In this document: one piece after another, positions 51,234-61,678 of the stretch
Layout of the letters: every line of letters starts with the position of its first letter
Position numbering within the stretch: the stretch's first letter is position 1
Source: Proteromonas lacertae
Taxonomy: Eukaryota
Reading direction: 5' to 3'
Assembly: GCA_002245135.1 (NCBI GenBank)
Contig: NGBS01000299.1
Location: forward strand, 62,001 to 126,000
DNA length: 64,000 nucleotides
Translations under genes and position numbers: made by a program
The notes under the pieces: generated by a model
The model's database searches: none
Seen by the model: only the letters and a program-made list of their open reading frames with translations
What the model was told of the DNA's origin: nothing

Positions 51234-51612
51234 TTAAATACTATCTGCAACAAAGTTCAAAGATGGATCATCAATACATAATTCAATTAAAGGTTGCCAA
51301 TCACTTTCATTTCCCATTTTTATCGATTGCATAAAAGCAGAAGCAGCTTCTTTGAATTGTTGTGTATGTAATAAACTAAAAGCCTTTAAAGATAATAATT
51401 CTAAAAAATACAAGCAAATGTTGAGATTCTTTTGCTGTTTTATCATATCTTAAACAATGACTAAGACATTCAATTGTCCACTGATAGTTTTCCAGTTTGT
51501 AATATCCTCTTGCTACATATAACCATCCAAAGGCATCTATATTCATTAAATATAAAATCATACCTTTTGGAAGAAAGCCCACTGTTTGTAATATCTGATC
51601 TTTAACACTCAT
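51234..51612 (-). CDS. Small TPR-repeat protein (1 intron)
   Basis: Two ORF fragments splice into WLYVARGYYKLENYQWTIECLSHCL...SQHLL|AFSLLHTQQFKEAASAFMQSIKMG, a TPR-like A/Y/G pattern. Confidence 0.65.
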
Positions 51613-51629
51613 AAAATAAAAAACAAAAT

Positions 51630-51637
51630 TGTCAAGC
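51630..51637 (+). promoter_or_regulatory. TGTCAAGC candidate promoter element, 42 nt before the CCDC180-like ATG
   Basis: Lies in a 67-bp divergent spacer; recurs at 29848 and 60052. Confidence 0.4.
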
Positions 51638-51679
51638 CTACAAACTTTTTAAAACGTTTCTATTTATATTTTTCGTTAT

Positions 51680-54600
51680 ATGATAACAACAGAAAGAAGT
51701 TCATCGGAAGAATTACCACCAGGCCCAGAAGAATATGGTACTGAGATGTCACCACAACTTAGAATACCTACACCTTCATCTCCAACTGAATTTCACAATC
51801 CTAGAAGGCCAAATGAATATATTGCACATACAAAGTTAATGAAGTCATTAGCAGTAGAACCAAAATATCCAACAAATATAGATAAACCAAAAATGGCTGA
51901 AACAGCGAGTTATTTAAAGGAAGCTGATTTAAGCCAATACGTTCCTAAGCCAGATCCACTAAAAGCAAAAAGAGATGATAAAGCATTAGTGAGAGCTTTA
52001 GCAGATCCTCAATTACAAATAGCAACACCAGAAGACAATTTTGAAAAACTAAGAAAATTATCAGAAAAACGAAGTAAAGCTCATGATGCAGTAATAAAGC
52101 AATATAACGAAACATTTTACACAATTTGTGATGAAGTAGAAAAACAAGTATTAGAAGCATCTAGAGATGTAAGAGACCAAATGGAAAAGATTGATAAAGA
52201 AATAGCACAGATATTCGTCTATTTAAACGATGATCAGTATATTATCAAAAAAGACATATTTGAAGTTCAAGATATGTGGAAAGATATAGAAACAAAATGT
52301 ACTAATAGAAAAGAAATAATAACAGAATATTGTGATGAACTAGACAAAATAGAAGAAGATCGAGGTGGAAAAATGAAAGATATCTATGACAAAGTGATAA
52401 ATGATTTAACTGACATCGGATATATGTTAGTACCAGAAATACACGAACTAGTGGAAGAATTATCACATGAAGCAAACTTGGTGATATTAAGTAATATGAA
52501 AGATTTCGCTGATATAAGATCAAGATTATTGAAAGAAGATTTGTCATTATTTATAACTTCAAAACAGAATTATGAGAGAAGAGAAGTAGAATATAGAAAA
52601 TTAAAGCATGAAGAATTGATAAAGAGTTATTTAGACAGTATTGGTATAGATGTAATTGTCAATTCTGATGAAAGAAAACAATTGATAAAAGAAATGAGAG
52701 AAGGTCAAGAGAAGATTCATAATGAACATAGATTACCATTATTAGAGAAGATAAATCAACAACATATTAATGAAGTAGATGATGAATTCATTAATTATAT
52801 AATAAACACTAGCGAAGATGTAGCAAATATGGAAAATGAAATGAATGAAGAATATTTCTATAAACTACAAGGATTGAATGATACAATGAATAAAATGATT
52901 ATGGATAAAAGACAAGAATTGAGATTCAATTTACATCATTATGAAGCTTTAGAAAAGAATGGTTTATTAAAAGAATGTCACAATAAAATATTAGAACTAA
53001 TATCAGCACAAGAATTAGATGAGTTTTTCTTGAAAGCAGGTAGTCTAAAGAAAGAATTAATGTACATATGTGATGAAAGTGGTAAAGAATATATGATTGA
53101 AGAAGATGATCGAAAACAATTAAGTGAAAGATTAGTTTTGCCATTAGAATGTTTAACAATTAATAAAATATATGAAGAATCTGGTTTAATGATGGATAAA
53201 GAACAATGCTTAACTACACTTAATAAAATAAAAGCAGGAACAAGATTAGAAGTTGTTGGCTTAGTTCCATTAATAATAAAACAATTAGAAACATTGACAC
53301 AGTTAGAAATATATCCAGAAATAGTATTAGTACAATTGAATGATATAAAAGAACAATTTCAACAAGTCCAAGAGGATATAACTTTAAATGAAAATGAAAG
53401 TCAAGCAACAGGAATGAGATCAATGGCATTATCCTTAAATTCAAGATTAACTGCAGGTAGTCAAGGCAGAAGGACATCTCTAATGAAATCAGGAAGTAGA
53501 ACATCCATAACAGGAGGTAAAAAAACAGCTGGAGGTGGTGGTACAAGAAGAACATCTATAATGAGTGGTGATCCAAGATTAGCTAAAGCAACTAGTAGAA
53601 AATCAACATTATCAGCATTAAGTCGTCAATCTAAATTAAGTAAAATGAGTGCTGCTTCTGATGCTGCTAAAAAATTAGATATTCATTTGATTAAATCATT
53701 GTGTAATAGACTGGGAATGATATTATGTGTTAGTGATTTACCAGTTGATATTAAACAAGAATTAATGAATTTACAAAAGGAATTATTCCAACAACAGAAG
53801 TCTAATGAAGTAATTGATAATGAAATAAGTCAGAAAACAGATGAAGCAATACAAGAAGTGAGAAAACAGATGAATGACTTCATAGAAGCTGTTGGTGTTA
53901 ATTTACAGGATCATTCGTTTATGCTAAGTGAAGAAGTGTCAAAAATTGTACAGTTTTACACTAAAATTAGAGATATTTTGAAGGAACATAAGAATAAGAA
54001 TGAATATATTGATCTATTATGTGAAGATACATTAACTACTTCTTTAGAGAAATATGAAGACAATGATAAAGAATTAGAGAACAAATTAGCTGCATTAGTG
54101 AAATTATTAAGAGAATCACCAAATTTAGAAGAATGTGATACAAGATTCGCTAACTGTTTAGAGATGTTGAATAATATAGAACAATTCTATAGAGATTATC
54201 AAATAGAAGTAGTTGGTATATCAAGACAACATCCAATTGATGGCAAAAACGAATGTGAGAATTATAGAATGAACGTTTGTAATTTGTATGATGTATATCC
54301 AAAAGATAAAGAATTACCACAAATTGAAGTTCCAAAACCACCAGAAGATGAAGAAAGTGAAGGTAAAAACAGTGGTAGAAAAAGAAATAGTAAAATTGTA
54401 AAGAAGAAAAGTCCAAGAAGTAATAATGGTAAAAATGGAAATGTAGTAGAAGAAGAAGAAGAAAAACCAGAAACAATAATGCAGCCAATACCTATCTATG
54501 GTGAATTTGAAGTAGAAACAAGTGAAAGTTATTATTATATAAAAGAAGAAGATGAATTTTTAAAGTACAATTTCAAACATGGTTATAAAGAAGCAATAGA

Positions 54601-57172
54601 AAAGCAAAAGAGACAGGAAGAAAGAAAGAAAGAAGAAGAAAGATTAAAAGCTGAAGAAGAAGCTAGATTATTAGAAGAAGCAAAACATAAGAAAAAACCA
54701 CAACAAGCAAAATCAATAAAGAAAGGCAAACAACCAGAACCAGAGCCAGAACCTGAACCTCAGGCAGTAATAGAAGAAGAAGAAGAAGAAGAAAAGAAAG
54801 ATATACCAATACAAATAGATACTGATGGAATGCCATGTGTTTTACAATTAGAAATACCTTATGATGGATTAAAATCAATGATTGAAGTAAGTAGAAATAA
54901 TTTATTAGATTTTTACCATAATGAATTGGAAGAAAGAATGGCAAAATTAGAAGCATTATGCAAAAAGAGAGTTAAAACATTTACTAAAGAATTAGAAGAT
55001 AGATTAAGACATCATTGGCCTAGAAGAGGTAGAATAGAAACTGAAAATAAAATACCAAGAGAAGCAGAGATATTAAGCCATCATCAGAAATATCAAAGAT
55101 TTATAAGATTATTGGTAGATAAAAACAGTAATCATGAAAATCATTATTTATCTTTAATGAAAGAATATCGTAAAGAATTAGATACTTATAAAGAGTATAT
55201 GAAACAATTAGAAGATGCATTAGGAAAACAAACTAGTTTGAGTGGTTTGGAAGGAATTCATACTAGAGCAAGACAAGTGAAAGAGAAGTTAATGAAAAAG
55301 AGTAAAGAATGTCACATTGGATTGTTGAATTATACAAAAATTGAACCTGATAGGTTAAGAGAAAGTTGTGATCAATATATTAAAGAATCAATTCTATTTA
55401 AAAATGGAGGTGATTATGATGATGAAGAAGTGGCAGATGATCGAAAAGGATTTGATGAATGGCTTGAAGGTTTGACAGAAACAGTAAAAGAAAGAGAAGA
55501 GAATATAAATACTTTAACAGAAAATGAAAAAAGAGAATTAGAAAAATTCCCTGAATTTGATAAATTAGTGGAAAAATATGTATTAGAAATATCTTTAAGA
55601 GATGGTGTTGGTGTAAAATATGGTGCTCCAAGAAGAAGATTAAGTGAAAAACTAAGAAGCGAAATAACACGAAGTAATAAATTAAAAGAAGAAATAGAAA
55701 CCAGAATGGATGGTATAAAGCAATTATTAAGTATGGAACCAGGAATGGCAATGATTCCATCCTTATCAGAAGAATTATTAAAGAAATTATACGAATTAAG
55801 AACAAAGATTTATTATTATTCATTATATATGGATGTATTGAAGAATGATAATGTTGTAGAAATGACAAAGTTATGTTTAAAAGATTTAGATCCCAAGAAT
55901 GAAGAAACTGGTGAAATAGATGAAGAGCAATTAGTTGATCCGAAGTTTACTCCTCCAGAATATAAGTTTATGCCTCGTGTGATGGAAGCTATCGAACAAT
56001 GCAAAGAAGAGACAACTGAATTGTACGCAAGTGTAGGAAGACAAGATTTGTTAACAGGAAATGGTTTGCCTGAATCGTTATTGAATTTTGTTCAAAATAT
56101 ACAAGATAAAGGTCAAACATATAGAGATAATACTTCAATAGAATTTAGAGAAGATTTAGATAAATTGCTTTTATTATTGAATCAAGTTAGTTATGTAGTA
56201 TTCAATGATTTAGTAAAGAGAATAAAAGAGAATTGTAATGACGAAACAAAGAATGTGAAGAAGAATTACGATGAATTTATGAAAGATAGTGAGAGTAAAA
56301 GGAATAAACATGAATTAGCTTTAAAACCTGACTTAGGATCAAAGAATTGTATTGATAAATTAGAAGCATTAATGAAAGAAGAAGAAGAAAGACAAAATGA
56401 AGAAATAAAATATATAAAGAAAAGTAGAAAAACTGTTATAAAAGCAGTTCATAACCAATCAACGTATTTCAAAAATTCATTTTTCCATCTTTTTACAACA
56501 ATGTTAAGTATAATGGATAATTTAATATATCGTTGTGATTTTAAGCCGCTTCCAGGAGATGAGAAGATAATTCCTCCCAAAAATGGAATGAAGATATTAA
56601 TGCAGTTAGAAAAGCAAAAAGAAGAGGGTAAATATGTAGAGCCCATAAGAATGAGAGAGAAATTATGGAATGGTGTTGACTTGAGTAAATTAATGACAGT
56701 CCCAGAGAATATCGAAGATGCCTTAGCAGATAATGATGATGAAGAAGGAGAAGGTGCAGGAGAAACAAAAGATGATAGAAGTGAGAGTAGAAAGAGCAGA
56801 AAGTCAACAACTATGAAAAAAGGTAAATCTACACCAGCTTCACCAGTTAAAAAGTCAAAACCTGCATCACCGAAAAAGAAAAGTACTACGAAAGGTGGTA
56901 AAGATAGTAGCAGTGGTGGTAGTGGATTACACATTGATATTCCTGAATCTGAAGAAGGTTTTAGTGATAATGTTGGCAGTTTTGGCGCAAGTTGTCAAAG
57001 AGAATGTGCAAAATTGAGAAATGAATTGTACGAGAAGTTTTGTGAAGAATATAATAAAGATATTAATAGTAGTGATGAATTTTATAAGAACGAATTACAC
57101 AGAGTAGATATATGGAAAAATAATTGGACAAAATTGATAGATTTGTTGAAGAAGACTCATGAAGAGAAATAA
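51680..57172 (+). CDS. CCDC180: CCDC180-like (DUF4455/DUF4456) flagellar coiled-coil protein, intronless
   Basis: 1830 aa helical protein; ELEDRLRHHWPRRGRIE...REAEILSH and KHELALKPDLG resemble conserved CCDC180 segments (recalled from memory, not searched). Confidence 0.68.
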   Translation: MITTERSSSEELPPGPEEYGTEMSPQLRIPTPSSPTEFHNPRRPNEYIAHTKLMKSLAVEPKYPTNIDKPKMAETASYLKEADLSQYVPKPDPLKAKRDDKALVRALADPQLQIATPEDNFEKLRKLSEKRSKAHDAVIKQYNETFYTICDEVEKQVLEASRDVRDQMEKIDKEIAQIFVYLNDDQYIIKKDIFEVQDMWKDIETKCTNRKEIITEYCDELDKIEEDRGGKMKDIYDKVINDLTDIGYMLVPEIHELVEELSHEANLVILSNMKDFADIRSRLLKEDLSLFITSKQNYERREVEYRKLKHEELIKSYLDSIGIDVIVNSDERKQLIKEMREGQEKIHNEHRLPLLEKINQQHINEVDDEFINYIINTSEDVANMENEMNEEYFYKLQGLNDTMNKMIMDKRQELRFNLHHYEALEKNGLLKECHNKILELISAQELDEFFLKAGSLKKELMYICDESGKEYMIEEDDRKQLSERLVLPLECLTINKIYEESGLMMDKEQCLTTLNKIKAGTRLEVVGLVPLIIKQLETLTQLEIYPEIVLVQLNDIKEQFQQVQEDITLNENESQATGMRSMALSLNSRLTAGSQGRRTSLMKSGSRTSITGGKKTAGGGGTRRTSIMSGDPRLAKATSRKSTLSALSRQSKLSKMSAASDAAKKLDIHLIKSLCNRLGMILCVSDLPVDIKQELMNLQKELFQQQKSNEVIDNEISQKTDEAIQEVRKQMNDFIEAVGVNLQDHSFMLSEEVSKIVQFYTKIRDILKEHKNKNEYIDLLCEDTLTTSLEKYEDNDKELENKLAALVKLLRESPNLEECDTRFANCLEMLNNIEQFYRDYQIEVVGISRQHPIDGKNECENYRMNVCNLYDVYPKDKELPQIEVPKPPEDEESEGKNSGRKRNSKIVKKKSPRSNNGKNGNVVEEEEEKPETIMQPIPIYGEFEVETSESYYYIKEEDEFLKYNFKHGYKEAIEKQKRQEERKKEEERLKAEEEARLLEEAKHKKKPQQAKSIKKGKQPEPEPEPEPQAVIEEEEEEEKKDIPIQIDTDGMPCVLQLEIPYDGLKSMIEVSRNNLLDFYHNELEERMAKLEALCKKRVKTFTKELEDRLRHHWPRRGRIETENKIPREAEILSHHQKYQRFIRLLVDKNSNHENHYLSLMKEYRKELDTYKEYMKQLEDALGKQTSLSGLEGIHTRARQVKEKLMKKSKECHIGLLNYTKIEPDRLRESCDQYIKESILFKNGGDYDDEEVADDRKGFDEWLEGLTETVKEREENINTLTENEKRELEKFPEFDKLVEKYVLEISLRDGVGVKYGAPRRRLSEKLRSEITRSNKLKEEIETRMDGIKQLLSMEPGMAMIPSLSEELLKKLYELRTKIYYYSLYMDVLKNDNVVEMTKLCLKDLDPKNEETGEIDEEQLVDPKFTPPEYKFMPRVMEAIEQCKEETTELYASVGRQDLLTGNGLPESLLNFVQNIQDKGQTYRDNTSIEFREDLDKLLLLLNQVSYVVFNDLVKRIKENCNDETKNVKKNYDEFMKDSESKRNKHELALKPDLGSKNCIDKLEALMKEEEERQNEEIKYIKKSRKTVIKAVHNQSTYFKNSFFHLFTTMLSIMDNLIYRCDFKPLPGDEKIIPPKNGMKILMQLEKQKEEGKYVEPIRMREKLWNGVDLSKLMTVPENIEDALADNDDEEGEGAGETKDDRSESRKSRKSTTMKKGKSTPASPVKKSKPASPKKKSTTKGGKDSSSGGSGLHIDIPESEEGFSDNVGSFGASCQRECAKLRNELYEKFCEEYNKDINSSDEFYKNELHRVDIWKNNWTKLIDLLKKTHEEK

Positions 57173-57461
57173 ACTATATTAGAATATATTTATATTAATA
57201 ATTATTTGTTATTACAATAAACTATTTTGTTTTGATTAAACAAGAGCTTAAATTTAAATAGTATAATATTGTGGTTTTATTCCTGCTGACTGTTTATCTA
57301 TATAAATTTTTAGAGAATATAAAAATAAATTAAAGCATTAAAAAAAAGAATTAAGCATCTATATGTTGATGAAAAATGTAACTTTTATTTGCCGTTATAC
57401 ATTCAAATTTTCATACCCCTTGATCTATATATTGATTTTAAAAAGTGATTGATGTGTAGCT

Positions 57462-58511
57462 ATGTCTGTAAATACATCTAAATCAATGGTATCGTTATTT
57501 AAATAATATATAGATGCTGACATTTAACAACTTCACCCCCAATACTTTTTGTGGGACAAGGGATACTACTCTATTCGAAATCAGCGATTATACCACCAAA
57601 ATAGCTGCATTACTCTGCCGTATATATTTATTCGTTCCTATTTTATAGTTAATAACTATGAAATTTCTATATGGCAGTATAACTTTTTGCGATTATGGTC
57701 ATTAAATCCTTCACAAACATATTGTACTTTGAAGAAGTTTTTAGGTTATTTACACATTCCATCTATAGATTTATTCAAATATTATTCTCAGATATGTATG
57801 AATGATAATGTTTAATATTATAATATAGATTCATCAGTCACATACGATAATATAATCATATTTATATGGCTATTTGTGTTTACAGAAATTGATAATTTAA
57901 CTCTGGTACTTTTATCTATACATGGATATCAATCTAACATATCAATTAGATATGATCAAGTCATACAATTCATATTATCTCTCAATCCAGATGCAATGAA
58001 AGATTCATTTATTGTTGATTGGTTAAAAGCTCATAAGCAAGAAGAATTAATCATGATAAGTGATGTAATTAAATTAATGAAACAATCACATACTCTAACA
58101 ATTATTCTTAAATTAATGAAAGAACAGCTCATTTGTCAATTTGTTGGTATAAATGGATATCAAAAGATATTAAGAAGGATTCAGTATTATAATCTGATGA
58201 GTGACACACAGCAATACAAAGATCCACCAACAGAAGGTGTATTATCGAAATTGAAAAGGATTATAATAACAAAGAAGCCCCCTCCCTATTATACTGAATA
58301 TAGAGATGTTAATACAGATTATAATCTACTAAAAGCAGAATTGTTATATGAAATGAGAGTACAATTTGGATATAGTAGACGGTTAGGTGTTTCCGATAGG
58401 CCAACTTTGAGAAGTATAAAATCTTCATGTAGAAAGCGTCATATGTCAAGTATTGACATTGTTCTTACTCCAACTGGAGATGTAAATAGATTATGTAATG
58501 TGGAAGTTTGA
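57462..58511 (+). CDS. Degenerate EF-hand-like family, copy 3 (3 introns)
   Basis: ...YTTKIAALLC|LNNYEISIWQYNFLRLW...FVFTEIDNL...YQKILRRIQYY...PPTEGVLSKLKRIIITKKPPPYYTEY...RVQFGYSRR. Confidence 0.72.
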
Positions 58512-58648
58512 TTTATATTTATTATCATTTAATGCATTTGATTTCCTAATATTGTGTATTTTAGTTAGAAAAAAATTATAAACACAACATTTTATATATA
58601 AAATAAATTAAAATCCTATATATAATCTTGATTTAAGCATCAATGTTA

Positions 58649-60005
58649 TTAACTCTTTACTTCTCTACTACTATTAGGTAAACTATTATTAATCTCAAAA
58701 CTTCCATTTACGAATGGTGATGTGGGTTTTGATTTATTTTTATTTTCACTATTGATATCACTACGATTTATATTATTACAATCTTCAATTATCTTTCTAA
58801 ATGGACGAATTAAATTAGGTGAAGGCGAAGATGAAGTATAATTAACAGAACAAAGACTTTGTAAATCATAAGTTGAACTACAAATCAATTTATTTGAATT
58901 TGAATTTTTGTTCATAGATTGAGATGATGATGATTTCATCTTTTTGTTCAATGAAGATAATGAATATAATGACATTTGTTTTGCAGACATTTTAACTGGT
59001 CTTTGACTATAACCAAATTGAGATCGAACTTCAAATATTGCAGTGGATTGTATTAGTTTATAATTCATACTTGCAGTTCTATAATCTGAATAATAAGGTT
59101 GCGGTTTTTGAGTAAATAAAAATCTAACAGCTTTACTGATACATCCTTCATTAGGTGGTGATCTGCTATGTTGATGATTATTAACATATATATCATTATA
59201 ATAATTAATTCTTTTTACAATTTCATTATAAGATTTTAAAGTAATGAAATTATATATTAAACAATGTTTAAGTATGTTCAAATGGGTAGTTAAAGTTGAA
59301 CATTTTCGAACTATTTTTATTATTTCTTGTATTTGTATCAGGTTATCTTCATTGCTAGTATATATATATATATATATTAACATAGTTAATTATACTGTTC
59401 GTCTAGCCATCCATTTAATACTGGATCTAAATAATAAAACTCATTCAATGTTTTGAAAAACTGTGTGGTTTGTTCTATTGAAAGGGAAAGATTACTCTGA
59501 TATGCACATACAGAAAATAATACTATGGCAGAATAAATGTTATATATATATATATACTTCTTATTAATTCGTCTAGTTCTGTAAAAACAAAAATAGAGAT
59601 AAATGTGATTATATTATCAGGAGTAAATCTTTGTTCTATATTGAAGTGTATATAATAATAAAATATACCAAATCCTTCGCAGAATACTCTTATAAGAGGT
59701 GTATATTTACAATGCATTGCTTTTAAAAAATCAGAACAATGTATATAAGGCTCAATTGGGCACTTATACCATATCTTTAAATATTTTCTTTGCCATTCAA
59801 CAACTTCATAGTTAGTTACTTTTTATATAGATAATATAAAAAGTATACAACACAAATATTGTGCAAATTTCACAGATAAATCATTCAGCTGGTATAATGG
59901 ACCTTTTTTATAGTCTTTCCTACTGAAATTCAAATAACTTTTCATCTATTATAAATGAGTATATTGAAAACACACCATATGAGTAATTAGCTCCTGATCG
60001 TCCAT
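58649..60005 (-). CDS. Degenerate EF-hand-like family, copy 4 (5 introns)
   Basis: MDDQELITHM|MKSYLNF...SVKFAQYLC|LTNYEVVEWQRKYLKIW...FVFTELDEL...YNEIVKRINYY...PPNEGCISKAVRFLFTQKPQPYYSDY...RSQFGYSQR. Confidence 0.75.
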
Positions 60006-60051
60006 CAGCTACAAAAGAACTTTCAAAATCTGTAACTGATTTGTTTTTCAA

Positions 60052-60059
60052 GCTTGACA
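60052..60059 (-). promoter_or_regulatory. TGTCAAGC candidate promoter element, 46 nt before ATG 60005
   Basis: gcttgaca on the plus strand, within tcaagcttgacaaggcttggca. Confidence 0.4.
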
Positions 60060-60206
60060 AGGCTTGGCATTAAAAATTGAAATATAGAAATTAGTAAAAA
60101 TAAGAAATTAAAACATTTTGCTTACTTTTTTGCAATATGTTATATATGTAATACGAAATGATGTTTATTCAAATTACTATCTTAAATAATAAAACCTTAT
60201 CCTTTC

Positions 60207-60237
<31 letters not shown>

Positions 60238-60265
60238 CAAAAAATGAATAAATGTTTTTTTAAAA

Positions 60266-61550
60266 ATGGATTGTAAAAAGATAAAAATGAAAAGTCAATT
60301 TTGGATTATGTCATTCACGTCAAAAGAACAAACAACCAATATTGAATTGTGATAAAATAATTGTAGATTTAGCGAATGCACTATGTTGTAAGATATAAAT
60401 TTGTATAATTTCTAGTAAATTATTATGATATTTCAAAATGGCAAGAGCGTTATTTAGAAATGTGGTCTAAAAATATGGAACATCCATACATATTAGCGAA
60501 GTGAATTATTTACTGATTTTGATGTTAGTTATAGTTTGATTTATAAATATTTCTTCCAAATCTATCGTATGAAAGATAATAATGTAAAAATAAATAGAAG
60601 ACAAAGTGACAGTCAATGTATTTTTACAGACGATCTGTTTAATCGTATTTGTATCTTTTGACAGACTGATTCGAAAGTATAATTTATTTATTACATATCT
60701 ATATATAATAAAAATAATAGTATTATTATCAGTATGTGGAATTCATTCTAATCTGAATATTACTTATGAACAATCAATAAAGTTTATAAACAGTCTAATA
60801 AAAGAAGATAATTATGATATAATAGTAACTAGGTGGTTGGAAGAACAGTATATAAATATATAAATATATATCACTAATAAATTCAATAGTGAAGACTCAC
60901 AACTAATTCCCTTCACAGAAATTTCATTTCTTTTTCAAAGTGCTCCATCTTTATATAATACAATAAATGCATTGAAACAAAAGTTTGTGAAGAATATAAT
61001 AACTGAAGAAGACTATTTAGTAATATTAAAAAGAGAAAAATTATACTTCATGGCAAATATGAATGTGATTATAAACTTTCCAAAAGAAAATTGTTGTAAA
61101 TATATGAGAAGAAAATTCATAACTCATAAGCCTGATCCAAATCACTCTGATTATAGAACAATGAGATTCAGTAATAATGATATTAGTTCTTTCGTTTATT
61201 TAGATACAATAGTTTCAGATATAAGAAAAAGATATGGATATTGTAGAAGACATTTATTAATGTCTCCAAGTTGCTATACTTCATCATCATCATCAGAAGA
61301 GATTTCTTTATCTAAAAATTATATAACTAAAACAGTGATGAATATTGATGAAAAATTGAAGAAGAATTCAATTTACTGTAGTGAAAAATATAAACGAACA
61401 ATAACCCATGCAACTGTTTATGCATTAAATTCAAATGAACATCATCGTAATTCAGAGACTATCGTATTAAAAACACAACCATTACAATTACTTCAACCTT
61501 CTCAATCTGATCAAATAAAATCACAATCATTTCAAAATGATGAATACTAG
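60266..61550 (+). CDS. Degenerate EF-hand-like family, copy 5 (two apparent +1 breaks at ~60300 and ~60499; assembly error or pseudogene)
   Basis: IVDLANALC|LNYYDISKWQERYLEMW...YLVILKREKLY...FPKENCCKYMRRKFITHKPDPNHSDY...RKRYGYCRR. Start codon uncertain. Confidence 0.62.
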
Positions 61551-61678
61551 CTCAAAAGAACTATAAAGTATGTAACCTTTTTTATTATCTTCGTTTTTAT
61601 TTCTGAATTGTGTATTTGTTATAGTAAAATATTATATTTTTAATACACAAATCCATAAACATATAAAACATAATAACA

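Noticed and set aside
51945..56934. Many minus-strand hydrophobic ORFs
   Set aside because: Antisense to the E/K-rich CCDC180-like gene; no independent coding signal.
60212..60237. (TA)n tract
   Set aside because: Ordinary microsatellite, common throughout this AT-rich window.
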